64,000 bases of DNA from an uncultured delta proteobacterium. GTDB taxonomy: Bacteria; Desulfobacterota; Desulfomonilia; Desulfomonilales; Desulfomonilaceae. The DNA lies in NCBI GenBank assembly GCA_963752855.1, contig CAVVZX010000054.1:2154-66153 (forward strand), read 5' to 3'. Positions 40,428 through 50,658 of the stretch are shown here, piece after piece. Position 1 is the first letter of the stretch. Each line of letters opens with the position of its first letter. The translations under genes and the position numbers were made by a program. Under the pieces are notes generated by a model. The model was not told the DNA's origin. It made no database searches and saw only the letters and a list, made by a program, of their open reading frames with translations.

Positions 40428-41297
40428 TTGGACGACTCGCAACCTGAGAAACCGCACAAATTTTCACGTTGGATATTAAGTCAACTAGGGCTGGAGCGCG
40501 GCCCGACGGAAATCCAGCAGGTAATCGATGAGAGCGAAGAGCGCGGTCTGATTACCCCCGATGAAGGAGATATGATCGAAGGTATCTTCGATCTCAAACA
40601 GACGGTCGCTCGTGAGATAATGATACCCCGCACGCATGTGGTGGCCGTTCCACAGGAGTCCAGCCGCGAACACGTCTTGAAAACTATAATTGAGTCGGGC
40701 CACTCACGTATTCCCGTGTACAATGAGAACTTGGATCATATCGTAGGAATTCTTACCGCGAAAGATCTGCTTCCGCTATGGCTAAGGGGCGAAGAAGATT
40801 TCGATATTTCAAGCATTTGCAGGCCGCCTTTTTTTGTTCCCGAAACCAGGGCCATCAAGGATTTATTGAACGAGCTGAGGGAGAAAAAATACCAGATGGC
40901 CGTGATCGTAGACGAATACGGCGGAACATCGGGGATTGTAACCATAGAAGATATTGTTGAAGAAATAATTGGCGAGATTCGCGATGAGCACGATATGGAA
41001 GAGGAGCCGTTCTTAACTCAGCAAGACGGTTCTGTGCTGGTCAGCGCAAGGGTAGGGCTGGATGATTTTGAAGAGCGCTTTGAGATTTCTCTTCCCAGAG
41101 ACGGCTACGATACACTGGGCGGTTTCATAACTCATTTTCTGGGCAGAGTCCCGGAGAAAGGGGAAGAGATGTCTTACGGGGGATTCCGCATGCTGGTCCA
41201 CGGAGGTGACCAGAAAAGGATAACTCGAGTCCTGGTGGTTCCAGCGGATGAGGACAAACTCCAGGACACCTCCGCCCATCCAGAATCCGGGCTATGA
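40428..41297 (+). CDS. corC: CorC/YbeX-type CBS-pair + CorC_HlyC domain protein
   Basis: TTG start. ..TVAREIMIPRTHVV.., two CBS motifs, and a C-terminal transporter-associated domain (LVSARVGLDDFEERF). ATGA overlap with lnt reproduces the ybeX-lnt synteny. Confidence 0.82.
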   Translation: MDDSQPEKPHKFSRWILSQLGLERGPTEIQQVIDESEERGLITPDEGDMIEGIFDLKQTVAREIMIPRTHVVAVPQESSREHVLKTIIESGHSRIPVYNENLDHIVGILTAKDLLPLWLRGEEDFDISSICRPPFFVPETRAIKDLLNELREKKYQMAVIVDEYGGTSGIVTIEDIVEEIIGEIRDEHDMEEEPFLTQQDGSVLVSARVGLDDFEERFEISLPRDGYDTLGGFITHFLGRVPEKGEEMSYGGFRMLVHGGDQKRITRVLVVPADEDKLQDTSAHPESGL

Positions 41298-42973
41298 TTG
41301 AGCTTCTGTCCGCGCTCGCGGGCGGCTTGTTATTGTCCCTTGCCTTCCCTTCCTTAGGCTTTGACTTTGTCGCTTGGGTGGCCTTCATCCCCCTGTTTTG
41401 GTCATTGAGTCTCGTATCCCGACCGAATAAGGCTTTCCTCTGCGGGACCCTTTTCGGCCTAGGCTTCTTCCTTGTAGATTTGAACTGGATTTACGGCACG
41501 TTGGTCACTCAGGGCCATTTTGCGCCTGTTGTGGCAGTAGTCGTGTTCCTGGCAATGATTGCTTTCCTGTCGCTGTTCCCCGCTGGTTTTGCCTACGTTA
41601 TTGCCCTGTTCGCGGACCAAGGAATCAGCCCGGCGTATGTGGCCCCATTTGTATGGGTCGTTCAAGAGTATGCGAGATCCATACTGTTTACAGGATTTCC
41701 TTGGGATTTGGTGGGTTATTCCCAGGCAAGCCGCTTGATGCTGGTCCAAGTGGCGGATGTGACTGGAGTTTACGGAATTTCATTCTTGATTTTATTGGTA
41801 AACGCGACTCTGTGGGAATTGATCCGGGGCCAATTCATGCCAAACCGCATTGGACTTCGCTCGATCATCACCCGCCCCCTCCCCCCTCCCGTCGAGGGAG
41901 GGGGCTCCAAATCCCTCTCCCCTGGCGGGAGAGGGAGGGGAGAGGGGGAACATATGGCGCCCCGTAAGAACACGGTTTCCACGGCCTGGCCACATGGAAC
42001 GGACAGACTGCCCTGGAAATTAATCGCCGCCTCTGTTTTGGCCTTTGCGCTTATTCTTTCGTACGGGCAAGTCAGGATGAAGCAATTCTTTCCACTGATA
42101 ACGAAGCCGGTGGCTGCGCAATCGGGGTCCTGCAAGGTAACATACCTCAGGAAGTGAAATGGGAAGGCGAGGGCCGAGAAGAAACGTTTGCCACATATGA
42201 GAGACTTGGCCGCAAGGCTGTTGAACAAGGGGCGGGATTACTTATTTGGCCGGAAACAGCAGCTCCTGTCGTGTTCGGAAGCGGGGACCCCGACTGGAAG
42301 CGTCCGGGACTGATCTCGGAAGAACTGGGAGTTCCGATGCTTGTCGGCGCGCCGTCCAAGCGGCCGGAGGGATAGCAATTATTACAACAGCGCCTTTCTT
42401 GTCGATTCCGGAATGCTGCGTTTTCGATATGATAAAATGCATCTTGTGCCGTTCGGAGAATACATGCCGTGGTCGTGGATACTTCCCCTTGGTCCGGGAA
42501 TTGCCGCTCGCGAAGCGGATTACTCTCCGGGGGACACAATGACGGTCATGCATTGGCGAAACTGTCCGCCTTTCAGTGTGTTGATATGTTATGAAGCCAT
42601 ATTTCCCGAACTTGCGCGGCTGGCCGTTAGGAACGGGGCCAAACTACTGGTCAACATTACCAACGACGGATGGTTCGGCGCTACGGCCGCGCCACACCAG
42701 CATCTCGCGATGGCCGGGCTGCGGAGCATCGAAAATCGGGTGTGGTTGGTCCGCTCAGCCAACACCGGCATCAGCGCGGCTTTTGACCCGTCCGGCAGAA
42801 TGGTGAAATCGCTGCCGCTTCAGCATGAAGGCTTGTTTACAGTAACTGTCAGCGAACCGAACGTCCGGAAATCTTTCTACTGTCGCTTTGGCGACGTTTT
42901 TGCTTGGGGCTGCGTCGGCATAATAGATTGTTTTAGGTATCTCGATCATTGGGCCCCGGTGGAGGCGAAAATC
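41294..42973 (+). CDS. lnt: apolipoprotein N-acyltransferase, 2 frameshifts and an in-frame repeat insertion
   Basis: Pieces 41294..42157, 42154..42375 and 42341 onward. Multi-TM N-terminus, then the CN-hydrolase domain: LQGNIPQEVKW (after frame correction), WPETA, YDKMHLVPFGEYMP and the catalytic LICYEAIFPE. No stop is visible before the perM ATG in the present frame. Confidence 0.82.
41882..41935. repeat. double-hairpin GC-rich repeat inserted inside the lnt reading frame
   Basis: ccccctccc-gtcga-gggaggggg (41882-41904) and ccctctccc-ctggc-gggagaggg (41913-41935). Translated in frame as ..PPPVEGGGSKSLSPGGRGRGEGE.. Confidence 0.8.
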
Positions 42974-44075
42974 ATGGATCCAAAATTGAGACGAACCGTT
43001 ATCAGAACATCGGCCGGACTTGCGGCCGTGGTCATTTTGATATGGTTGATGATGTGGCTGGAATCGGTGACCACGATGCTCATGGTTGCCTTCATCTTTG
43101 CCTATTTGCTGGATCCCGCGGTGCAACGCCTCGATTCATGGGGATTGCGAAGACCGTTATCCGCGTTGTTGATGTTGGTTTTGGCCTTTTCCCTTGTGAC
43201 AGCGGTGTTGCTCGTGCTTATTCCGAAAGCCTTTGAAGAAATCTCCTCATTTTCCGCCAAGGCGCCGAAATATTTTTCCGCTCTTCAGGCTTTGTTTATT
43301 CAAGGGGCTGAAAAGTTGAATGTGACTTTACCCCAGGACTGGCAGGATTTGTTGACGCTGATTGGAGAAAAAGGCAGGCAATATCTGCCTCGGATGGCCG
43401 CAATCACAGGCAGCGTCGTATCTGTTTTTTTCAAATCAACCTTTCACATCATGTCAGCTGTATTCTTTGTCTTGCTCATTCCCATTATCACGTACTATCT
43501 TCTTGTGTCTTTCGATAACATAAGGGCAGGGGTGATAGACCTTATCCCTCCATATGTTAGACAGCCGGTCCTGGCCAAACTCCGTGAAATAGATCTGGTC
43601 CTTTCCGGATTTGTCAGGGGCCAATTGACCATAGCCTTTCTTTTGGGGATCTTATACACAATAGGTTTTGTGCTGATAGGAATAGATCTTGCCGTGGTGC
43701 TCGGAGTGTTATCCGGTATCCTCTGGATAATTCCGTACGTGGGCACGTTATTTGGGCTTATAACAGGCTCGCTTATGGCTCTGGTGAAATATGGGGACCT
43801 CTCTCACGTGTCTCTATGTAATTGGTTGGATTGCGGCGGTGCAATTGGTGGAAGGCTATGTGTTGACCCCCAGAATCGTGGGTCACGCTGTAGGGCTGCA
43901 TCCGGTCGTGTATATGATGGCCCTCATAGTCGGGGCCAATCTGTTCGGTTTTGTGGGATTGTTGGTGGCCATACCGGTCACCGCGGTGCTCAAGGTGCTA
44001 CTTGTGACCGCAGTATCGGCGTATCGCAATTCTTACTTGTATAACGATCACATCATTGAGAGACCCCCGTCATGA
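42974..44075 (+). CDS. AI-2E/PerM (UPF0118) family transporter, frameshift near 43795
   Basis: GGAGG lies 8 nt upstream of ATG 42974 (MDPKLRRTVIR). Polytopic. Continues in piece 43791..44075 with the family motif QLVEGYVLTPRIVG. ATGA overlap with rsmI. Confidence 0.78.
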
Positions 44076-44911
44076 CGCAGGGGAAATTATATGTAGTCGC
44101 CACGCCGATAGGCAACCTGGACGACATCACTGTGAGAGCTATAGATGTCCTGAAGAAGGCCAATTTGATAGCCTGTGAGGATACGAGAAAAAGTCGGATA
44201 CTTCTCCAACGATGGGATATCTCGGCGCCTCTCATGAGCTTGCACCGTTTCAGCGAAAGGCGCCGGATCAAGACCATAGAAGAACGTTTGGAGCGAGGGG
44301 AACATGTGGCCCTTATTTCCGATGCCGGGACCCCTGCGATTTCCGATCCGGGGAGCAGATTAATCAAAGCTGCTTATGAAGCAGGTTTCGTAGTGACGCC
44401 CATACCCGGAGCATCTTCTATTACCGCCGCGTTGTCTGTGTCCGGGATGGATTGCTCTTCTTTCACTTATCTTGGATTTGTGCCCAGGAAAACAGACCAA
44501 AGAAGGATTTTCTTTGAGGATCTCCGTACTGAAACGAGGACGACAATCTTCTTTGAGACGGCCAGGCGCATCTCGGCGACGTTAACTGTCGCTGCGGAGA
44601 TACTGGCCTCAAGAAGAATGGTAATGCTGAGAGAATTGACCAAATTGCACGAGGACATTATTTCAGGCACGGCCGACATTCTACTGAAGGCCCTGGAGAG
44701 CAAAGGCGCTCTCAGGGGTGAGATGACCGTAGCAGTGGAGGGCGCTCCACGTCGAGAAAAGGAAGAGGACCCGGACGCGGCTGTCAAGCATTTGATGTCT
44801 GAGGGCTTCTCTGGTAAACGACTGGCCGAAGAGGCGCATCGACGGTTCGGAATTCATAAGACCGCGGCCTACAGGCGGTATCTGGAGCTGAAGAGCTCAT
44901 CTACGCAGTGA
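44072..44911 (+). CDS. rsmI: 16S rRNA (cytidine1402-2'-O)-methyltransferase
   Basis: 279 aa. GKLYVVATPIGNLDDIT and ALISDAGTPAISDPG are tetrapyrrole-methylase-fold RsmI signatures. Confidence 0.9.
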   Translation: MTQGKLYVVATPIGNLDDITVRAIDVLKKANLIACEDTRKSRILLQRWDISAPLMSLHRFSERRRIKTIEERLERGEHVALISDAGTPAISDPGSRLIKAAYEAGFVVTPIPGASSITAALSVSGMDCSSFTYLGFVPRKTDQRRIFFEDLRTETRTTIFFETARRISATLTVAAEILASRRMVMLRELTKLHEDIISGTADILLKALESKGALRGEMTVAVEGAPRREKEEDPDAAVKHLMSEGFSGKRLAEEAHRRFGIHKTAAYRRYLELKSSSTQ

Positions 44912-45081
44912 GGCGTCTCAGGCGAACCGCAACGTCGCCGGGTCGGAATGTCATGAAAACGCTAGTAGGACCGGCATCTTGCCGGTAATGGCCTTACGGT
45001 TTTTCCCTGGGAATCCTCTGGACAATTTGCCGATAATGATGATAATTGTGATAGGCTTTTGGCCATGCCTAAGGAGGGGAT

Positions 45082-46671
45082 GTGTCCGACGAATCTCTGA
45101 GAGAACGTTTCGGAAAATTGCTTGATACCGCGGGTCACATGTTCTGGGAATTGGATCGTGAATTTCGTGTGATCTACGCGAATGACCTCCTTAAGCAGAC
45201 TTTCGGAGACCCGGTTGGGAAATTATGTTATGATTTCATGGCCGGTCAGGAGGAGTTGTGTCCTGATTGCGCAGTGAAGCGAATTTTTGAAGGTGAAGAA
45301 CGTGCGATCTCGGAGCGCAAAAGATACAAACAAGACGGCACGGCTATATGGTTGCAGCATACGGCCACTCCGATTAGAAACGAAGCCGGAGAGGTCATTG
45401 GGGCTAGCGAATTGACTAACGACACCACACTTCGAAGACAGACTGAAGAATGGCTCAAGGATTCAGAGCGGCTTTATCGCAATCTCGTAGAACAGGTTCC
45501 TGATGTGATTTTTTCTTTGGATAGCGAGGGCAAATTCAGTTTCGTGAATACGCAAATTGAGAAGTTCCTTGGCTATCCGGTTCAGACCATTCTCGAGACC
45601 CCGCTACAGGATTACGTTACCCCGGAAGATAGGGAGCGTGTGCGAACGATATTGGAGCTGCAGCCTGACGCTATATGGGATGAAGAAGTTGCTGTTCTGG
45701 ATGCCCGTGGTGAGCGGAAATTTGCACGAATTAGGTGCAAAGCTTCCTTCGTCAACGGTGGCGCCGCCCTGGGATTTGAGGGCGTAATGCGGGATCGGAC
45801 TACCAGAAGGAAGCTTGAGGAAGAATTGCGGGCTTCCAAAGAAGCGGTCCTCGAAAAAATAAAAATTATAGACGAGCTGTATGAACATATCGTCCAATCG
45901 GGCAAATGCAAGGCCATAGAAGAGCACACCGCGGAAGTAGCGCATGAGTTACGCCAGCCTCTGGCCATTGTCGGAGGTTTCGCTCGGCGTATGGTCCGTC
46001 AACTGGAGGCTTTGGATCGATTTGATATGGACAGACAGAAGCAATACGCCAACATTATAATAAGTGAGATTTCCAGGCTGGAACGTATTCTGGATCGGCT
46101 GATTGACTTCACCAAACGAGACAAACCCCGCCTGCGGAGGATTAATCCGAACGACCTTATTGAATACATCATCAACATTACTGAAGCTCGAATGAGAGAG
46201 AAGGAAATCGACCTGCGCCTCAATCTCGGAAGCGAATTAGGCGAGGTGCCTGTGGATCCCGGTCGTTTTCAGCAGCTCGTCCTTAACTTGGTGTCCAATG
46301 CGATTGAGGCATCCCCGGTGGGAGGTGTGATAGAGTTGGAATCCGGGGTTTCCTTGCCGAGCGAGAAAGCCATCAAAACCGGCCAACTGCGATTTGAAGG
46401 TTTTTTTGAGATGAAGATCCGGAACTCCGGGCCGGAAATTTCCGACGAGGTCCTTCAGAACATCTTCAATCCTTTTTATACCACCAAGCAACACGGGACT
46501 GGCCTGGGACTGGTGGTTTCCAAAAAGATCGTCGAAGATCACTCAGGCTCCATCTCAGTGAAATCCGATACCGAAGGAACAGTGTTCACGGTTTGGCTGC
46601 CCCTAACACAAAGAGAAGACCCTCATAAGATTGAGTCGGAGCTGGAACCTGTTTTTGAATTTCAAGCCTGA
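45082..46671 (+). CDS. PAS-domain sensor histidine kinase (cytoplasmic)
   Basis: GTG start with AAGGAGGGG upstream. Two PAS-like segments. H-box VAHELRQPL, N-box LVSNAIEA and G-box TKQHGTGLGL. No TM segment. Confidence 0.88.
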   Translation: MSDESLRERFGKLLDTAGHMFWELDREFRVIYANDLLKQTFGDPVGKLCYDFMAGQEELCPDCAVKRIFEGEERAISERKRYKQDGTAIWLQHTATPIRNEAGEVIGASELTNDTTLRRQTEEWLKDSERLYRNLVEQVPDVIFSLDSEGKFSFVNTQIEKFLGYPVQTILETPLQDYVTPEDRERVRTILELQPDAIWDEEVAVLDARGERKFARIRCKASFVNGGAALGFEGVMRDRTTRRKLEEELRASKEAVLEKIKIIDELYEHIVQSGKCKAIEEHTAEVAHELRQPLAIVGGFARRMVRQLEALDRFDMDRQKQYANIIISEISRLERILDRLIDFTKRDKPRLRRINPNDLIEYIINITEARMREKEIDLRLNLGSELGEVPVDPGRFQQLVLNLVSNAIEASPVGGVIELESGVSLPSEKAIKTGQLRFEGFFEMKIRNSGPEISDEVLQNIFNPFYTTKQHGTGLGLVVSKKIVEDHSGSISVKSDTEGTVFTVWLPLTQREDPHKIESELEPVFEFQA

Positions 46672-46693
46672 TCTGATACGCCCGATTGACGTA

Positions 46694-47602
46694 TCAGGGC
46701 CGCAACAGGTTTCTCAGGGCGGTTTCCATATCCGGAAAGTTGAAGTTGAATCCTTTCGACTGAAGCACGCCGGGAACCACCCTCTGTCCCTTAAGAATAA
46801 CCGAGCCGAATTCCCCCAGAACGAGACGTATCATAAATCCGGGCGCCGGCATAAAGGACGGTCGGCGCAGTACGGATCCTATTGTTTTGGCCAAATCTTT
46901 GTTCCTGATAGGTCCCGGCGCGGCAAAGTTAACCGGTCCGTCTATATCCGGTCGAGACATGACGAATAGGGCCGCACGGATCAGGTCCTCGATGTGAATC
47001 CAGGAAAACCACTGCTCCCCGCTACCCAAAGGACCGCCCACAAAGAAACGGAACGGCCTGATCATCTGGTCAAGAGCGCCGCCGTCTTTCCCCAGCACGA
47101 CGCCAAATCGAGTGGTGACTACCCGAACTCCTTTTTCGCGTGCCCTATAAGCTTCCTTCTCCCAGTCGTGTGCCAGTTGGGCCATAAAATCATTGCCGGA
47201 GGGCGAGTTCTCGTCCAACTCCTCGTCGGCCGTAAATCCATAGTAGCCGACGCCGGAAGTGCTCAGCAGGGTCACTCTGCGGCCCGCTTCGCGAGGTATG
47301 GCTTCAACGAGGTTTTTTGTCGTGAATATTCGGGAATCGCGGAGAAGTTGCTTGTATTCTTCGTTCCATCTCCGGAAAGTGGTAACGCCTGCAAGATTAA
47401 TCAGAACATCGTGTCCAGGGACGGATTCCTGCCATTTTCCGGTCTTGGTGGATTCCCCGATCACCCGGGATACTTCCGTGGGAAGACGCTTCCCTTTTCT
47501 TTCACTGCGGATAAGGGCCGTCACCTGATGTCCTTCTTTCACGAAGGTCCTGCATAGGTTGGTCCCCACAAAACCGTTTGCGCCTGTAATGAAAACTCTC
47601 AT
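46694..47602 (-). CDS. TIGR01777/YfcH-like NAD-dependent epimerase family protein
   Basis: 302 aa. N-terminal Rossmann VFITGANGFVG. The C-terminal part resembles the DUF1731 extension of the YfcH family. Confidence 0.75.
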   Translation of the reverse strand: MRVFITGANGFVGTNLCRTFVKEGHQVTALIRSERKGKRLPTEVSRVIGESTKTGKWQESVPGHDVLINLAGVTTFRRWNEEYKQLLRDSRIFTTKNLVEAIPREAGRRVTLLSTSGVGYYGFTADEELDENSPSGNDFMAQLAHDWEKEAYRAREKGVRVVTTRFGVVLGKDGGALDQMIRPFRFFVGGPLGSGEQWFSWIHIEDLIRAALFVMSRPDIDGPVNFAAPGPIRNKDLAKTIGSVLRRPSFMPAPGFMIRLVLGEFGSVILKGQRVVPGVLQSKGFNFNFPDMETALRNLLRP

Positions 47603-47719
47603 GGTGCAGTCCTCCTGGCTCGTGTGCAGAGAACTGATCTTTCATAGCCTCAAACTGCGCCGCAACCATGTAGGAAGTCTTTTTCCCATCCACTGCTAAA
47701 CTAACAATCTATATTACGA

Positions 47720-48289
47720 TCACTCCTCAGTCTCTTGTCCCAATACTATGCTAGGCAGATTTGCATGGCACGGCTCATTCGAAGCTGTTTGTTCCCACTC
47801 GCCACAGACGTCGTTTTCCGTCGCAGGTCGCGCCTCCAGTATTTCGAGGTCATAATAAAAGTCTTTGCCGGATAGCGGATGGTTGCAATCAATGACAATC
47901 GTATCATCCCGAATCTCTTTAATGATAACCGTGTCCGGGGCGTTCGATTGGTGGCTTATCATGGGCAGTTCCATGCCCGGAAAAGGCGTCATCCCCGCGG
48001 GAAAATGAAAGTCAGCCTTATTTTTTTCAAATTCCAGCTCATTATGTCTTGGTCCAAAGGCCTCTTCAGCGGGCACTGTAAAGGACAAAGTCTCGCCGCC
48101 GGCGTGTCCTATCAATCGCTTTTCCAGGCCCGGAATCACTTGCCGATAGCCTGTCACAAAGTCCATTATTTCTGGTTGGTTGAGCCCTTTCAGCACCGGG
48201 CCGTCCACAATTCGAACCCTGTATTTTATCTTCACGTACCAGCCTGAATCTTGGACTCGCATTTCGGGCGATGTAGCCCTTTCGGTCAT
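47720..48289 (-). CDS. FKBP-type peptidyl-prolyl isomerase, SlyD-like (with insert-in-flap domain)
   Basis: ..VKIKYRVRIVDGPVL...FVTGYRQVIPGLEKRLIGHAGGE..F.VPAEEAFG... then ...VIDCNHPLSGKDFYYDLEILE. No His-rich tail. Confidence 0.72.
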   Translation of the reverse strand: MTERATSPEMRVQDSGWYVKIKYRVRIVDGPVLKGLNQPEIMDFVTGYRQVIPGLEKRLIGHAGGETLSFTVPAEEAFGPRHNELEFEKNKADFHFPAGMTPFPGMELPMISHQSNAPDTVIIKEIRDDTIVIDCNHPLSGKDFYYDLEILEARPATENDVCGEWEQTASNEPCHANLPSIVLGQETEE

Positions 48290-48335
48290 AGGATCCTCCG
48301 TGGAATATCTCGATTTATGATTTTCTTAAACGATT

Positions 48336-49307
48336 TTAGTGTCTCATCCAGCATCTCACAAGATGTCCGGATGATTTCTTTTCCAGAACCGGCGGTTGAA
48401 CACAAATGGACTGGCGCTCGGGGCAGCGATCTTGAAACGTGCATCCCTTCGGCAGATGCCGCAGGTCCGGGACCTTTCCGGAGATCACGTACAATCTCTT
48501 CTTTTTGGCTGCGGCTGCTTTGTCTATGCGAGGAATCGACTTGAGCAAACCTATGGTGTACGGATGCTGCGGCGCCGCGAAGAGAGATTCAACCGGGGCT
48601 TCTTCCGCAATCATTCCGGTGTACATTACAGCCACTCGTTCGGCCATTTCCGCGACCACTCCAAGATCATGCGTAATCAGTATGATTCCTGTCCCCAACC
48701 TGGTCTTAATATCGTTCATTAGCGCCAGGATTTGAGCCTGTATTGTCACGTCCAGGGCGGTCGAAGGCTCATCGGCCAGCATGAGTTTCGGATCACACGC
48801 CAGGGCCATGGCGATCATTACCCGTTGGCGCATGCCGCCGCTCATCTGGTGAGGATAATCCTGCGCCCGATTCTCCGGTGACGGTATGCCTACCTTGTCG
48901 AGCATTTCCACAGCCGCGGCCGCGGCCTCAGAATGACTCATATTGCGATGAAGCCGGTAGACCTCGGCAATCTGTTCGCCTACCTTGAACACCGGATTCA
49001 GCGAGGTCATAGGCTCCTGAAAAATCATGGAGATGCGGTTCCCGCGCACCCGACGCATCTCGGATTCATTCAGTTTCAGCAGATCCACGCCTTGAAAGTA
49101 TATCTCGCCTGAGACGATTTTGCCCGGCGGAGGGACGAGGCGCATTATAGAAAGCGCCGTGACGGTCTTGCCACATGCGGATTCGCCAACCAGCCCCAGT
49201 GTCTCACCTTCTTTGAGGTCCAGATCGACCCCGTCCACTGCGGCCGCGGGGCCTTCATCGGAATAGAAGGTCGTGTGGAGATTTCTTATTTTGAGTAGTT
49301 GATCCAT
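48336..49307 (-). CDS. oligopeptide/dipeptide-type ABC ATP-binding protein (OppD/DppD-like), orphan
   Basis: Start moved to ATG 49307 ([14 protein letters not shown]); the 41 residues upstream translate a MITE. Walker A GESACGKT, signature MSGGMRQR, Walker [13 protein letters not shown], and a C-terminal Cys-containing oligo_HPY-like tail. Confidence 0.82.
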   Translation of the reverse strand: MDQLLKIRNLHTTFYSDEGPAAAVDGVDLDLKEGETLGLVGESACGKTVTALSIMRLVPPPGKIVSGEIYFQGVDLLKLNESEMRRVRGNRISMIFQEPMTSLNPVFKVGEQIAEVYRLHRNMSHSEAAAAAVEMLDKVGIPSPENRAQDYPHQMSGGMRQRVMIAMALACDPKLMLADEPSTALDVTIQAQILALMNDIKTRLGTGIILITHDLGVVAEMAERVAVMYTGMIAEEAPVESLFAAPQHPYTIGLLKSIPRIDKAAAAKKKRLYVISGKVPDLRHLPKGCTFQDRCPERQSICVQPPVLEKKSSGHLVRCWMRH

Positions 49308-49349
49308 TGTTACTCTTAATCTACCGCGGAGAGCGCTGAGATCGCAGAG

Positions 49350-49482
49350 TGTCATTGCGACCGCCGAAGAGCGGGGAAGCAATCTCCCGCGCTGGGGGAT
49401 TGCCGGTGGGACGGGCATCTTGCCCGTCATTTCTCAATAGACAGGCTGGAAGCCTGTCCACCATTCACTCCTCGCAATGACA
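49350..49482. mobile_element. MITE-like element, family 1 (11-bp perfect terminal inverted repeats, internal double hairpin)
   Basis: TGTCATTGCGA (49350-49360) pairs with TCGCAATGACA (49472-49482). Internal hairpins gacgggc-atctt-gcccgtc (49410-49428) and gacaggc-tggaa-gcctgtc (49440-49458). Confidence 0.8.
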
Positions 49483-49511
49483 TTGTTTGCGTCCTCTGCG
49501 GTGAAATTCTT

Positions 49512-49868
49512 TCAGATGTCCAAGTGCGGCAATATAAAGAATGCTCCGAAAAAGCCGCTCCCGAAGAAAAGCAGCGATACCAGGAGCGCCAGCACCAGGA
49601 ACGAACTGCGATACAGGAACGCATCCAGCGCGGAACAAATCCAGATCCCTATGGCGATCAGCATAGAAGGCGTTTGTACATGGTACTCGATGTTGTGAGC
49701 CATGAAAAGGGGCACGAAATAAAGGACTACGTTCAAGAAAAATAACAATCCGGCAAATATTCGGCCTCGGACGATCTGACCTAGGCCGGGAAAGATCAGA
49801 GACAAGACCGCGGAATAAACTCTGGATCGCCCCTTCTTTTCCGTGCCGCGTTGGCTCCTGTCTTCCAT
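49512..49868 (-). CDS. hypothetical small membrane protein
   Basis: 118 aa with 3-4 hydrophobic segments and an FPGLGQIVRGR motif. No family assigned. Confidence 0.5.
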   Translation of the reverse strand: MEDRSQRGTEKKGRSRVYSAVLSLIFPGLGQIVRGRIFAGLLFFLNVVLYFVPLFMAHNIEYHVQTPSMLIAIGIWICSALDAFLYRSSFLVLALLVSLLFFGSGFFGAFFILPHLDI

Positions 49869-50481
49869 GCAGGTCCCTCCATTTGCCGTTGATTCGCATA
49901 AGGCCGTACAACAAAAGCTCTTCTAAGTCAATCAGGCGCCGACTTCTTATGTAAGCGCTTGGTTGGTAGCGGGAGAAGCACTCTACAAACTGGAACCGCC
50001 TCGCAGAGCCCAGCAGTCCTCTCAACGAAGAGGGACACTATTTTCCCCTGCTGGCGGGAGAACTAAAAGGTTTCTCGGTTGGCGCAAGTGAAACAGAGAA
50101 GTCTCACTGTCGGTCGGAGCCGGCCAGAACGTTACCGTCCGTTTTTTATGACACCATGTGGCCCAGAAGGTCAGTTAAGCCACCACAGGAATTAGGCGCC
50201 AATTGTCCTATTCTCCTGACACAAACAAACCTCATTTTATGTGAAAGAAACCTCCGCCAGCCGTGACACTTGTCCGATAATTCAGACGGTTTCCGGGTCA
50301 CTCCTGCCGGCCTGCTGGCGCCTCCCCATCCAGGCAATCGCAACTCACTGAAATGCCGCCAAATTAATGCCAAGCCAGAAGTCGAGTTCATTTTGGCATA
50401 CAAGATGCTTGACGGCCTGAGTCCTGGAAGACTTGCCAGCGGGTCGGGAAAACCGGAGACAGAATAAAGAAAGGAAGGAAA

Positions 50482-50658
50482 ATGTTCGCCATTGCAGTAG
50501 CTGGAGCCATCGCCACCATAATTGTGGGTTTAGTCGCGCTTTTCTTGGCATGGCGTGGATACAAGAGACAGAAGGAGTGGTTTCCTTTAGTCCTAGCAAT
50601 CTGTGCCTTTCCCATACTTATTCTTTTGGCGGCTCTTATAATACACGGTAATCTGTGA
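50482..50658 (+). CDS. hypothetical two-TM miniprotein (58 aa)
   Basis: MFAIAVAGAIATIIVGLVALFLAWRGYKRQKEWFPLVLAICAFPILILLAALIIHGNL. GGAAGGAA lies 4 nt upstream of the ATG. Below the ORF-track cutoff. Confidence 0.45.
   Translation: MFAIAVAGAIATIIVGLVALFLAWRGYKRQKEWFPLVLAICAFPILILLAALIIHGNL

Noticed and set aside
42341-44044. Single 567-aa ORF that would make an Lnt-PerM fusion protein.
   Set aside because: A GGAGG plus ATG at 42974 starts a complete AI-2E/PerM-type N-terminus. Lnt and PerM are separate proteins in the genomes I know. The missing lnt stop is most simply another indel near 42900-42970.
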